From Candidatus Shapirobacteria bacterium (lineage in GTDB: Bacteria; Patescibacteriota; Microgenomatia; UBA12405): DNA of 64,000 nt. The DNA is taken from the NCBI GenBank assembly GCA_041663285.1, contig JBAZSP010000001.1, positions 81,838-145,837 on the forward strand, read 5' to 3'. The position numbers and the translations under genes are program-made. Below the pieces are notes generated by a model, which searched no databases, had not been told where the DNA came from, and was given only the letters and a program-made list of their open reading frames with translations. Each line of letters opens with the position of its first letter. Position 1 is the stretch's first letter. Of this stretch, positions 28,720 through 38,956 are shown piece after piece.

Positions 28720-29824
28720 ATTTGTCCAACGTCCTTTGGTAATCAAACACCTTTTTTACTGTCGCCGACCTTGACTTAAAATTCCTGCCCAAACCCTCAA
28801 TTATTCCCCGGCCCAGACTCTTTTCGTCTCTGGCTTTCACTATCAGCCCAAAGCCGGTCTCCTGCACCACCCATCTGGCTCCGGGGATGTTGGTACAGAC
28901 CGATGGGGTTCCTGCCAGCATTGCTTCAATTTGCGATGACGGGAAACAATCAGTTCGTGATGGTTGTACATAAAGGCTAAGTGATTTATAAAACGCAAAC
29001 AGCTCTCGGGGGTCATTGATAAGTCCTAAGAGTTTTAAATGTTTTTTGTAACGTTTTATCAAGCCTTCAATTTTTTGCCAAAACTTTTCGTAGTTAATTT
29101 TGTAATCTCCGGCCAAAACCATCATGGCTCTTGGGAATCTCCTTATGACTATCGGAATCGCTTCAAGCAGGTAATCGACTCCTTTCTCTTCAACAAATCT
29201 GCCGGAAAAACCAATCAATATTTTATTTTCCAGGCCGTACTTTTGTTTAAAATTAGCCACCTCGCTTGCCGAAACACTTGGTATTTCAAAAAGTGGCAGT
29301 ATCACCCTCCACTTGTCCTCACACCCCAATAGCAATTTCGACTGCTTGGCATAATCTTCTGATTGAATCAAAACCGCCCTGGCTCTTTTGATCGACCATC
29401 TTGTAGTTAAATAATATACAGCTTCCGCTATTTTGGCTATTACTCCACCATCTTTTGGCAATACTAGATCACCGTTGTGGATCAGGTAAAGCTTTTTTTT
29501 GAAGATTCCGGCGACCATGGCTGTTAACACTACCTGTTGCAGGGGGAGATATGCCACCACCGACTCATTCTCCCTTACCAGCTTGATCAGGGAAAATAAA
29601 AACCCGGGAGTAACCACGCTCCTTAACAGCCGGAACCAATATTTAAGCCTGACCACCTTTACTCCGGTAATGTTTTCTGTTAGCGGCGACTCCCTATTGT
29701 GTTGACTGGTTAGCACTGTCACTTCATGGTCCCGTTTCGCCAGGCCTTCAGCCACCCGGGCGGCATACTGGGTCAGTCCTGTCCAGTGAGGCCGATAAAA
29801 AGTCAACACAAAAAGCAGCTTCAT
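28694..29824 (-). CDS. GT4 family glycosyltransferase
   Basis: GRFVEEKGVDYLLEA, PSRTDCF..SQIEAMLAG; start moved to ATG 29824. Confidence 0.9.
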   Translation of the reverse strand: MKLLFVLTFYRPHWTGLTQYAARVAEGLAKRDHEVTVLTSQHNRESPLTENITGVKVVRLKYWFRLLRSVVTPGFLFSLIKLVRENESVVAYLPLQQVVLTAMVAGIFKKKLYLIHNGDLVLPKDGGVIAKIAEAVYYLTTRWSIKRARAVLIQSEDYAKQSKLLLGCEDKWRVILPLFEIPSVSASEVANFKQKYGLENKILIGFSGRFVEEKGVDYLLEAIPIVIRRFPRAMMVLAGDYKINYEKFWQKIEGLIKRYKKHLKLLGLINDPRELFAFYKSLSLYVQPSRTDCFPSSQIEAMLAGTPSVCTNIPGARWVVQETGFGLIVKARDEKSLGRGIIEGLGRNFKSRSATVKKVFDYQRTLDKYEKLFNTN

Positions 29825-29825
29825 A

Positions 29826-30368
29826 TTATGTTCGTATATCGCTAAGATAATTAATTCCTTTAGCCTCAAGACAGGCGTGTTTCTGTTTGCCAAAACAATA
29901 GATTTTAGTTTTTAAATTTTTCGCCAAATAATCAGCTATCAGGTTATCGTCATCCACATACCATTCCGCTTTGATTTTTTTTAGTATTTTTTCCTTAAAC
30001 AAATACGGTTGTTCGTTCTTCGAGTTTAAATAAATCTTATGGAAATAACTATTGATCCCTCTTCTTTCCAGCCATGCCCGGGTTTCATTTTTTAAAAAGC
30101 TATACCGTCCGGAAATTATGTAAAGGCGGTATCGTTGGCTTCGGCTAAGATCCGCCACTGCCTTAAGATTTTCTTTAATCGGTGGTCTAAAAAGATAAAA
30201 GTGCGACAACTTTCTCACTGCAATTTCAAATCGGGAGGAGGGGATTCGGTAATTAAGTGTTTTTTCTTTCGTCCCCCTAAACCATTTCTCAATCAAGGAT
30301 TTCGGAATTAACGGTGGCTTATCAACAATCACCCCATCAAGGTCGAAAGCAATTCTTAATCGTTTCAT
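29826..30368 (-). CDS. HAD-superfamily phosphatase (5'-nucleotidase-like)
   Basis: IAFDLDGV, ISGR, K, VDDD motifs I-IV. Confidence 0.85.
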   Translation of the reverse strand: MKRLRIAFDLDGVIVDKPPLIPKSLIEKWFRGTKEKTLNYRIPSSRFEIAVRKLSHFYLFRPPIKENLKAVADLSRSQRYRLYIISGRYSFLKNETRAWLERRGINSYFHKIYLNSKNEQPYLFKEKILKKIKAEWYVDDDNLIADYLAKNLKTKIYCFGKQKHACLEAKGINYLSDIRT

Positions 30369-30471
30369 TATTATTTAATAAATTAATCCTTACAATCTCT
30401 CCGGTCATCGGCCGTGTGTTTTATTATTACATGAACATTACCAAAACCCCAGCATCGTGTAAAATACCCTT

Positions 30472-32658
30472 ATGGTTGCCGATTTTAAGTATATCGTTTT
30501 TTGGTGGTTAACCATCTTCCTGATTGGTTCTCTGTCTTTACCGCTGATCTTTACTGTGTTTAGGGATTTTTACGACAAGGGTTATATTTTTAGCAAAATC
30601 GCCGGTATCGCCATCCTGACCTATATTATATTTGTTTTGGGTATTTTTAAATTTTTGCCCTTTTCCAGCAGCTCGATATTTTTTATTTTATTCTTTGTCC
30701 TGCTGGCAAATATTTTATATCTTTCCAAAAAAGATAATTTTGCCAAATTTAAAAAAGATCTCCTGCTTCACCACCGGCAAATAATATCCCAGGAGTTGGC
30801 CTTTTTTGGTGTTTTAACCCTCTGGTCTTTTATCCGTGGCCATTCGCCCGACATTGATAACCTCGAAAAGTTTATGGACTGGGGATTTGTAAATTCTGTT
30901 TTAAGATCTACCTTCATGCCCCCGGCCGACATGTGGTATTCCGGTGAACCGATCAATTACTACTATTTCGGCCACCTCATTTTTGGCGTATTAACCAAAA
31001 TTTCGGGCATCGATTCCGCTATCACCTACAACCTTTCCATCGCCACAGTTTGCGCCCTTACCTTTGTTAGCGGCTTTTCAATAACGTCCAATCTTGTTGT
31101 TCACTTTAATGTCTTCAAAGCTGTTATAAAAAAGAAACTTGACGTCCGGAATATCCGTTTAAAACAGGCGGTTTTGGCCGGTGTATTTTCGGCCTTTCTA
31201 CTGACCTTCGGTGGCAATTTCCACGCCGTCTACAAGATTATTAAGCTTGATATAAGTCAAAATAACGGCCGTTTTGTCCTTACCAAAGATGCTCTTAACC
31301 AGGCTGCCAATTCTTATTGGTATCCAGACGCCACCCGTTTTATCGGTTTTGATCCCGATATAAAAGATAAGACTATCCACGAATTTCCTCTCTATAGCTT
31401 TGTGGTGGCCGACCTTCACGGTCACATGAACGATATTCCGGTTATCTTGTTTTTCATTGCCTTTCTTTTTGCCTTTAGCCTGTCACCGGTAAAGGCTCCA
31501 TCTTGGAAATTAATTGTCCCATCAGGCCTGATATTATCAATTGCTTTCATGACCAACGCCTGGGACTTTTTTGTTTACGGCCTAACCTTTGCCGTTTGTC
31601 TCTTTTTTATCCATCTTCACCATACTGATTTTTATCAGGCAATAAGGTCAATATTGATAAACGGGTTTTTAACTGTTCTCTGTTGGTACCTTTTCACCTT
31701 ACCCTTTACTCTTAATTTCATCCCCATGGCCGACGGAGTCAGGCTGGTCGATTATCGAACTCCGTTTTACCAGCTTTTTGTTTTATATGGTGGTTTCTGG
31801 CTGATTTGCTTGCCTCTTTTAGGTTATTTTTTCTATCGCTTTTTAAAAGACAGGTCGTTTATCAAAAAAATGATCCCGTCCGACGTCATTGCGTTGGCCT
31901 TGATTTTAGTTGCTACTTTATTAGTGCTTCTTCCCGAGATTATTTATCTTAAAGATATATATATATACGAGCATCGTCGGGCCAACACCATGTTTAAGCT
32001 TGTTTATCAGGCGTTTATTCTCTACTCACTTGTAGCTGGGTATGCTGTTTACCGTTTGTCTGCCTCAATTCGGCCGCGGATGATTAAATTCCTATACAAA
32101 GTAATTGTGCTAATAGTTTTTACCAGCCATTTAATTTACCCGTTTTTCGCCATCAAGTCAGCCTATGGTAGCCTTTCTTCATACAAAGGTCTGTATGGTC
32201 TAGGTTTCTTAAAGACAGCTCACCCGGATAGTTTTGAAGCTGTCAAATGGATTAATGCCAACATTTCCGGCCAGCCAGTAATCCTTGAAGCCGCCGGGGA
32301 TAGTTATACCTACTATAATCATATTTCAGCCGCGACTGGCGTCCCCACTGTCCTGGGCTGGCTGGTTCACGAATGGCTTTGGCACGGAGGTCAAAAAGAC
32401 CCAAATTCCTCCAAGTACCTAAACAAGCTGGACTGTGGTGATCCCTGCAGTGTCCGCGGTCCTGATGTTCAAAGAATTTACGAATCCCAAGACGTTGTCG
32501 AAGTTCGTTCTTTGCTCCAAAAATACAATGTCGATTATGTCTTTGTCGGCGATAAGGAGCTCGAAAAATATCAAAGCTTAAATGTCGACGTAATTTCGGG
32601 GCTTAGCCAAATTGTTTTTGAATCCGGTAAAACCAAACTATACAAGATTACTAAATAA
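30472..32658 (+). CDS. DUF2298 / Chlor_Arch_YYY membrane protein (GT-C-like)
   Basis: EKFMD, PPADMW, INYYYFGH, IHEFP.YSF..ADLHGH, NTMFK, TG.PTVLGW..HE..W. Confidence 0.88.
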   Translation: MVADFKYIVFWWLTIFLIGSLSLPLIFTVFRDFYDKGYIFSKIAGIAILTYIIFVLGIFKFLPFSSSSIFFILFFVLLANILYLSKKDNFAKFKKDLLLHHRQIISQELAFFGVLTLWSFIRGHSPDIDNLEKFMDWGFVNSVLRSTFMPPADMWYSGEPINYYYFGHLIFGVLTKISGIDSAITYNLSIATVCALTFVSGFSITSNLVVHFNVFKAVIKKKLDVRNIRLKQAVLAGVFSAFLLTFGGNFHAVYKIIKLDISQNNGRFVLTKDALNQAANSYWYPDATRFIGFDPDIKDKTIHEFPLYSFVVADLHGHMNDIPVILFFIAFLFAFSLSPVKAPSWKLIVPSGLILSIAFMTNAWDFFVYGLTFAVCLFFIHLHHTDFYQAIRSILINGFLTVLCWYLFTLPFTLNFIPMADGVRLVDYRTPFYQLFVLYGGFWLICLPLLGYFFYRFLKDRSFIKKMIPSDVIALALILVATLLVLLPEIIYLKDIYIYEHRRANTMFKLVYQAFILYSLVAGYAVYRLSASIRPRMIKFLYKVIVLIVFTSHLIYPFFAIKSAYGSLSSYKGLYGLGFLKTAHPDSFEAVKWINANISGQPVILEAAGDSYTYYNHISAATGVPTVLGWLVHEWLWHGGQKDPNSSKYLNKLDCGDPCSVRGPDVQRIYESQDVVEVRSLLQKYNVDYVFVGDKELEKYQSLNVDVISGLSQIVFESGKTKLYKITK

Positions 32659-32700
32659 CTTTCTGGTTTCGGATTAAGCGTCCATCATCTATCATTAATA

Positions 32701-34581
32701 ATGAGTGATATTCTGCAGGGGTTAAACCCACAACAGAAAAAAGCGGTGGTCCATCAGGGCACTCCATTATTACTACTCGCCGGCGCCGGTTCGGGCAAAA
32801 CCCGGGTACTGACTCACCGGGCAGCCTATTTAATTGCCAATCATCTGGCTTCTGCTTCTGATATATTACTGCTGACTTTTACCAACAAAGCCGCTGCCGA
32901 GATGAAAAGTCGGATTTCGGCTTTGTTTAAGGCTAATCGTCTAAAATCCGATACCGGGCTATTTGCCGGTACCTTCCATTCGTTTTGTTGTCGCATTTTA
33001 CGTCACGATGGCACCCATATTGGAGTTGCCCCAAATTTTGTTATTTACGATCAGGAAGATCAACAAAATTTAATCAAAACCATCCTCAAAGAACTAAATC
33101 TTACCCCAAAAGAGTTTAGCCCCGTTAGCATTGCCTATTTCATCGAGCAGGCCAAAAACAATTTCCAAACCCCTCAAAGCTTGTCGGTTACCGGTTTTTG
33201 GCAAAGTTATGCCCAAAAAATATATTCTCAATATCAAAAAAAGTTATCCGACTTACAGGCTCTTGATTTTAACGACCTGCTTTTCAAAACCGTCGAGCTG
33301 CTGCTCTCTCACCAGCCGACTCTGGAAAAATATCAAAACATCTTTCATTACATACTGGTTGATGAGTACCAGGACACCAACCAAATTCAATACCTTCTGA
33401 CCAAGTTGTTGGCCAAAAAATTACAACAGATTACGGCGGTAGGCGATGCCTCTCAGGCAATTTATGGCTGGCGGGGTGCCGATTTTCGCAACCTGATCAG
33501 CTTTACTACTGATTTCAAAAACACCACCATTATCAATCTCGAGCAAAACTATCGCTCCACTCAAAACATTCTCGAAGCGGCCAATTCGGTTATCTCCAAA
33601 AACACCTCTCATCCGGTTTTGCATCTTTATACCAACAAGGTCAGCCAGGACAAAATTCATTTATTTCAGGCCAATTCCGAAGTCGACGAGGCTGATTATG
33701 TAGCTCAAAAAATTCAGTTTATTCATCTCAACCTTCGTCTACCGTATAAATATATAGCCGTACTTTATCGGATGAATGCTCAATCCCGGGTAATCGAGGA
33801 AGCGTTTTTGCGTCAAAGTATTCCTTACGTCCTGGTTGGAGGCCTACGTTTTTATGAACGGGCCGAAATCAAGGATATTCTTTCCATGCTTCGGCTGGCT
33901 GTCAACTCCAAAGACCTGCTTTCCGCTGATCGTCTTGAAAAAAATCTGGGTAAAAAGAAGTTTGGTAACTTTTTAGCGCATCTTTCAGCGGTTGATTTGC
34001 CTTCGCTTACCTCTATTCAAATTCTGGAATCGCTAGTTGTTGCCTCGGGTTATTTAGATAAATTTGATCATAAAGACGAAGAAGATCAGCGTCGGATTGA
34101 AAATATCAAAGAGCTCAAGTCCGTCGCCACTGCTTACCCCGACATTCATCAGTTTTTAGAAAATATCAGCCTGGTTCAGCAGGAATACAGCCTTCAGGAA
34201 AAAAACAAAAAAAAGGAAAACCGGGAAGGCGTCCGGCTGATGACGCTGCACGGCTCCAAAGGTTTGGAATTTGAAGTAGTATTTTTGGTCGGTTTTGAAG
34301 AAGGCATTTTGCCCCACCTCAAATCTATGGTTGAAACTGCTGATATCGAAGAGGAGCGGCGTCTTTGTTATGTCGGTATCACTCGGGCAAAAGATTACTT
34401 GTTTATAACGTATGCCAACCGTCGTCTTTATTTTGGCAAAAGCTCTTTAAACGCACCCAGCCGCTTTCTTTCCGAAATTCCCCAAAATCTGCTCGAGTTC
34501 GAAACACCTTCGTCCGGGGATCTTCACCAACCTGCCGGTTCAAATGATTCCGACTTGGTATATGATCCCGATATTTATTAA
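32701..34581 (+). CDS. pcrA: ATP-dependent DNA helicase PcrA/UvrD
   Basis: AGAGSGKT, TFTNKAA, VDEYQDTN, LEQNYRS, MTLHGSKGLEF, EERRLCYVGITRA. Confidence 0.95.
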   Translation: MSDILQGLNPQQKKAVVHQGTPLLLLAGAGSGKTRVLTHRAAYLIANHLASASDILLLTFTNKAAAEMKSRISALFKANRLKSDTGLFAGTFHSFCCRILRHDGTHIGVAPNFVIYDQEDQQNLIKTILKELNLTPKEFSPVSIAYFIEQAKNNFQTPQSLSVTGFWQSYAQKIYSQYQKKLSDLQALDFNDLLFKTVELLLSHQPTLEKYQNIFHYILVDEYQDTNQIQYLLTKLLAKKLQQITAVGDASQAIYGWRGADFRNLISFTTDFKNTTIINLEQNYRSTQNILEAANSVISKNTSHPVLHLYTNKVSQDKIHLFQANSEVDEADYVAQKIQFIHLNLRLPYKYIAVLYRMNAQSRVIEEAFLRQSIPYVLVGGLRFYERAEIKDILSMLRLAVNSKDLLSADRLEKNLGKKKFGNFLAHLSAVDLPSLTSIQILESLVVASGYLDKFDHKDEEDQRRIENIKELKSVATAYPDIHQFLENISLVQQEYSLQEKNKKKENREGVRLMTLHGSKGLEFEVVFLVGFEEGILPHLKSMVETADIEEERRLCYVGITRAKDYLFITYANRRLYFGKSSLNAPSRFLSEIPQNLLEFETPSSGDLHQPAGSNDSDLVYDPDIY

Positions 34582-34590
34582 AATCCTTAT

Positions 34591-35640
34591 ATGATCACCC
34601 GACTTGTTTATAGCCAGGAAAAAAAACAATTTAATCAATTAATCCGCCACCCGGTCCAAACCTGGGAGTGGGGTGATTTTCAAATAACTCAAGGCCACCA
34701 GGTTTACCGGCTTGGTGTTTTTGAAAAAAACAAAATGATCTCGGCTTATAGCCTTAGCTTTCACCGCCTTCCCCGGCTCAATTTTTCTGTCGGCACAATT
34801 CTAAGGGGCCCCATGCCAGATTTAGAAATGCTGACCAATATTCAAAAAATTGGCCGTGACGAAAACGCCCTTTTTATCAAATTGGAACCCGACGTTATTC
34901 ACCAGAGCTTCTCCGACCTTGGCATAGGGAGTGTCATCTCACCCAGCCCCGATCTTCCGAATTTGGTGGTTTCTCCCAAAGTTGCCTTTTACCCCCATAC
35001 CTACTTTGTTGATTTAACCAAAACCGAAAACGAGCTTATCGAAGCTCTTCATTCCAAGACTCGTTACAATATTAAAGTAGCTAATCGTCACGGGGTAAAG
35101 ATCCGGGAGATGACGACCGATCAGGGATTCGAGATTTATCTTCGGCTACTTTTTGAAACAACCAAGCGCCAGGGTTTTTATCTTCACACCCCCGAGTATC
35201 ACCAACAACTTTGGCAGACGCTCAAAGCCTCCGGTATGGTAAAAATTATGATAGCCACCTATCAGGATTTAGCCCTGGCCGCCTTTATGCTCTTTAAGCA
35301 GCAGGACCGTCTATATTACCCCTACGGCGCTTCTTCCGACGTTCATCGGGAGGTCATGGCGCCGACACTGTTAATGTGGGAATGTCTTATGCTTGGTAAA
35401 AAATTAGGCTGCAATACTTTCGACATGTGGGGTAGCTTAGGGCCAAACGCTCAAGCCACCGAGCCTGGCTTTGGCTTCCATCGCTTTAAACAGGGTTTTG
35501 GCGGCCAATTATCCCAATATGTTGGTACTTACGATCTGGTTATCGACCCTCAAAAATATCAGCTCTACAATCTCGTTGATCGTTGGCGTTGGCGTCTACT
35601 TCGGTTCAAGGCCAATCTTTTTAAAACTACCACCGACTAA
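34591..35640 (+). CDS. FemABX family peptidoglycan bridge aminoacyl ligase
   Basis: QTWEWG, KLEP, DLTK.E.EL....KTRYNI, YYPYGAS, GFHRFKQGFGG. Confidence 0.9.
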   Translation: MITRLVYSQEKKQFNQLIRHPVQTWEWGDFQITQGHQVYRLGVFEKNKMISAYSLSFHRLPRLNFSVGTILRGPMPDLEMLTNIQKIGRDENALFIKLEPDVIHQSFSDLGIGSVISPSPDLPNLVVSPKVAFYPHTYFVDLTKTENELIEALHSKTRYNIKVANRHGVKIREMTTDQGFEIYLRLLFETTKRQGFYLHTPEYHQQLWQTLKASGMVKIMIATYQDLALAAFMLFKQQDRLYYPYGASSDVHREVMAPTLLMWECLMLGKKLGCNTFDMWGSLGPNAQATEPGFGFHRFKQGFGGQLSQYVGTYDLVIDPQKYQLYNLVDRWRWRLLRFKANLFKTTTD

Positions 35641-37172
35641 AACCATGGCCTCTTAGTAGTCAGCATGTCGGTTGAGTCACCCAACTTAAAAAAGCGGTCA
35701 ACTATCGGAAATTTTGCCCTGGAAAGAATTATTTGTTTGTCCATCGGGCAGGTTTTGTTTTCGCAGTTGACCTCAAAGGCAGAATAAATAAACCGGCTGT
35801 TTAAAAATGCCCCGATCAAAACAAAGACTATCATTAGGCTCCGGGTTAGTGCTCTACCTGTTTTTAGTCTTTTCGCCAATGCCAACAGTGATGGCAGTAA
35901 AATAAACAAAAGACTCAGCCTGAAGCCTAAGGTTGACGTCGTCGGCCGGAAGTCATTGGCCAGGAAAAACCGACTGGTCATTAATAGCCCGAAAACCAGG
36001 GTTGCTGAAAAGAAATTGGCTTTTTTTAGCACGTACCTCAATCCCAAGGCTCCAAAAATGGCCAAAAAGGGAAAAGTGGGATATCGGTACCAGGGGAGCA
36101 GGTCACCCTCGGTTCCGGAAAATATTGCCACCATTAAAAAGTAAAAGAAGAATAACGCTACTAATCGGTATTTGTCAGTAAAGTTTTTTCTTAAACAGAA
36201 AAATAAAGCCATTAAAAAAGCAAAAATGTACCAACCGTCTTTTAGCACAAAAATATCAAAGGCCGGGGTGGTAAATATGGTAGCCATACCCGTCCAGCCG
36301 GCAAATCTTTGTCCCTGAATTGCCACAATATGTCTAAATAATTCCCAATCATAATAATAGCCGTAATAGGCGAACGCTAAAATCCCAAGCACCGTCCAAA
36401 AAAATATAGCCCCAATGTCTTGGTACCGTTTTTTACCAAAACTTACATAAATTAAAAGTGGAGCCAAAAAAAATCCGGTCGGCTTCATTAATCCCAGAAT
36501 AGCTGCCAATATGCCAAAAAAGTTTGCCAGCCAAAAGTTAGGCTTTTCTTCATAAATTTTGGCCAGTCCCAGGGTTCCGATAGCCGCCAAGGCAATAACA
36601 TTTTCCGGTACCGACAATCTGGAACCAAAAACAAAAATCGGCGTAACTCCGTAAAACATCATCGCCAGCATCCCGATTTTATAACCAAAAAACATTTTCC
36701 CCACCCAAAATATCAGTACCATGGTCAGAAGCGACATTACCACCGTCGGCATCCTTGAGTAAGCCGGGTTAATTACTTTGGTTCTATCGCTTTTAAAAAG
36801 ATGGGCCACTCCTCCGGCCATCAGGCTAAACAAAGGTGGCTCGTCCAGCCATGGCCGATATAGCTTTGCCGGCAGATACATATTACTTTTGTCCCCGACG
36901 ATACCATCATAAACGAGGGCGCTTTTGGGGTATTCCAGTGTCGACCACGACGTCGGCACTCCGGTTTCAATTAAGTGTATCCCGGACCAGCCATAAAGTA
37001 GTTCTTCCGCATGAACCGGATAGGGGACCCGGTCATAATTATGCAATTTCAAAATTGTCAGGTAACAAAACACTATTCCAAAAAGTATCCGTTTAAAAAC
37101 CAATCTGCCGTCTTCGCGTCCTTTCGCTTTATGTTTCACCAAAATTATTATATCAGCAAGATATTCAACCAT
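35637..37172 (-). CDS. GT-C fold (ArnT/PMT-like) glycosyltransferase
   Basis: AEE loop, WLDEPPLF, SRL, MKPTG; many TMs; start uncertain. Confidence 0.8.
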   Translation of the reverse strand: MVEYLADIIILVKHKAKGREDGRLVFKRILFGIVFCYLTILKLHNYDRVPYPVHAEELLYGWSGIHLIETGVPTSWSTLEYPKSALVYDGIVGDKSNMYLPAKLYRPWLDEPPLFSLMAGGVAHLFKSDRTKVINPAYSRMPTVVMSLLTMVLIFWVGKMFFGYKIGMLAMMFYGVTPIFVFGSRLSVPENVIALAAIGTLGLAKIYEEKPNFWLANFFGILAAILGLMKPTGFFLAPLLIYVSFGKKRYQDIGAIFFWTVLGILAFAYYGYYYDWELFRHIVAIQGQRFAGWTGMATIFTTPAFDIFVLKDGWYIFAFLMALFFCLRKNFTDKYRLVALFFFYFLMVAIFSGTEGDLLPWYRYPTFPFLAIFGALGLRYVLKKANFFSATLVFGLLMTSRFFLANDFRPTTSTLGFRLSLLFILLPSLLALAKRLKTGRALTRSLMIVFVLIGAFLNSRFIYSAFEVNCENKTCPMDKQIILSRAKFPIVDRFFKLGDSTDMLTTKRPWF

Positions 37173-37187
37173 GTTATAAAATATCCT

Positions 37188-37490
37188 ATGCCAACCGACA
37201 CCGGTATCACCCAGGATGAGCTAGACCATATTGCCGGTCTTGCCAGAATAAAATTAACGGAAGCCGAACGTCAGCTTTATCTGTCCCAGCTTAGCTCTAT
37301 CCTACAATACGTTGATTTGCTCCGTCAGGTCGATACTTCTGCCGTTAGCCCCAGCTTCCAGGTAACGAGCCAGACCAATGTTGCCCGTGACGATCAGATC
37401 CGGCCATCTTTAACTCTTGGACAGGCTCAAGCCAACGCCCCCAAAGTCCATGATGGTTATTTTCAAGTCCACCATACCATAAAAAAATGA
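37188..37490 (+). CDS. gatC: Asp/Glu-tRNA amidotransferase subunit C
   Basis: HIAGLARI, LSSILQYV, VARDD, NAP...GYFQV; start ATG 37188 follows TAAAAT. Confidence 0.92.
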   Translation: MPTDTGITQDELDHIAGLARIKLTEAERQLYLSQLSSILQYVDLLRQVDTSAVSPSFQVTSQTNVARDDQIRPSLTLGQAQANAPKVHDGYFQVHHTIKK

Positions 37491-38956
37491 ATTTGCCTTT
37501 AACTACACTAGCTATTCCCCGGATCCGTGAGCTGCTTGTAAGCGGTCAGGTATCGGCTACCGAGATTGTTCGGGAATACTTGTCGCGCATACAACGCCTT
37601 GATCCTCTGCTAAACGCCTTTATTACTGTTACCGAGGACTATGCTTTTCGTTGCGCTCAACAAATTGATCAAAAGATATCCGATCACCAGCCGGTTGGTC
37701 TATTAGCCGGGTCGGTTATGGCTGTTAAAGACGTCTATTTGACCGAAGGTATTCAAACCACTGCCGGTTCCAAAGTTCTTCAGGGTTTTATTCCGCCCTA
37801 TTCATCCACTGTTTACCGTCGTTTGTTGGAACAGGACGCCATAGTTATTGGAAAAACTAACACTGATTGTTTTGCCTTTGGTGTTTCTACCGAAAACTCT
37901 GGCTATTTTGTTACCAAAAACCCCTGGGATTTGTCACTGATACCCGGTGGCTCTTCCGGTGGTTCTGCCGCCGCCCAGGCCGCCTCTTTGTGTACTTTCG
38001 CCTTAGGTACCGACACCGGCGGTTCCATCCGCCAGCCAGCCTCTTTGTGTGGTATCACTGGTATTAAGCCTACTTATGGCCGTAACTCCCGTTACGGCAT
38101 TACCGCTATGGCTTCTTCTTTTGATTGTCCTGGTACTTTTGCCAAAAATGTTTCCGATGCCTCCCTGATTACTCAAATTATGGCCGGTGTGGATTCTCAA
38201 GACGCCACTTCATCCACTGAACCTGTTCCTGAATATTTATCACCTGCCCGTACGGTCAGTTTAAAAGGTTTAAGAATCGGTATTCCTAAGGAATATTTTG
38301 ATGCAGCTATTGATCCCGAGGTCAAAGCCGCTGTTTTGGCTGCTGCTACCCGCTTGGAGTCGGAAGGAGCCAGTTTAATTTCGGTCTCTCTTCCCAATAC
38401 TGCGCTAGGTCTGGCTGTCTACTATGTCTTAGTGCCGTCAGAGATTTCGGCCAACATGGCTCGTTACGACGGTATTCGTTTCGGCCAATCCAAAAAAGAC
38501 GCCGTTGATCTTTTATCGCACTATCAGGAAACCAGAGGAGAATTTATGGAGCCGGAGCTTAAAAGACGGATCCTTATAGGCACCTATGCTCTTTCTGCCG
38601 GCTACTTCGACGCCTATTATTTAAAAGCCTCTCAAGTCCGCACCCTCATAAAGGACGAATTCCAAAATGCCTTTACCCAGGTTGACTTGATTTTGGCTCC
38701 GGTATCCCCCACAGTTGCCTGGCCTATTGGCCAAAAGGCTAACGACCCCCTTCAAATGTATTTAGCCGACGTCTACACCTGCTGTATCAATGTTGCCGGT
38801 CTTCCCGCCCTGGCCTTACCCGGCGGTTTTAACTCCAACAATTTACCCATTGGCTTCCAGCTAATAGGAAATTACTTCGAAGAAGCCAAGCTATTTTCCG
38901 TCGGCCACCAATTCCAACAGTTAACCGATTACCACTTAAAAGTTCCTTCTTTATGA
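37487..38956 (+). CDS. gatA: Asp/Glu-tRNA amidotransferase subunit A
   Basis: Amidase signature GGSSGGSAA, GTDTGGSIRQPA, RYDGIRFG, KRRILIGTY. Confidence 0.97.
   Translation: MNLPLTTLAIPRIRELLVSGQVSATEIVREYLSRIQRLDPLLNAFITVTEDYAFRCAQQIDQKISDHQPVGLLAGSVMAVKDVYLTEGIQTTAGSKVLQGFIPPYSSTVYRRLLEQDAIVIGKTNTDCFAFGVSTENSGYFVTKNPWDLSLIPGGSSGGSAAAQAASLCTFALGTDTGGSIRQPASLCGITGIKPTYGRNSRYGITAMASSFDCPGTFAKNVSDASLITQIMAGVDSQDATSSTEPVPEYLSPARTVSLKGLRIGIPKEYFDAAIDPEVKAAVLAAATRLESEGASLISVSLPNTALGLAVYYVLVPSEISANMARYDGIRFGQSKKDAVDLLSHYQETRGEFMEPELKRRILIGTYALSAGYFDAYYLKASQVRTLIKDEFQNAFTQVDLILAPVSPTVAWPIGQKANDPLQMYLADVYTCCINVAGLPALALPGGFNSNNLPIGFQLIGNYFEEAKLFSVGHQFQQLTDYHLKVPSL

Noticed and set aside
37011-37187. 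N-terminal extension of gatC in the ORF track
   Set aside because: Overlaps the divergent GT-C gene; GatC similarity and a -10 box support ATG 37188
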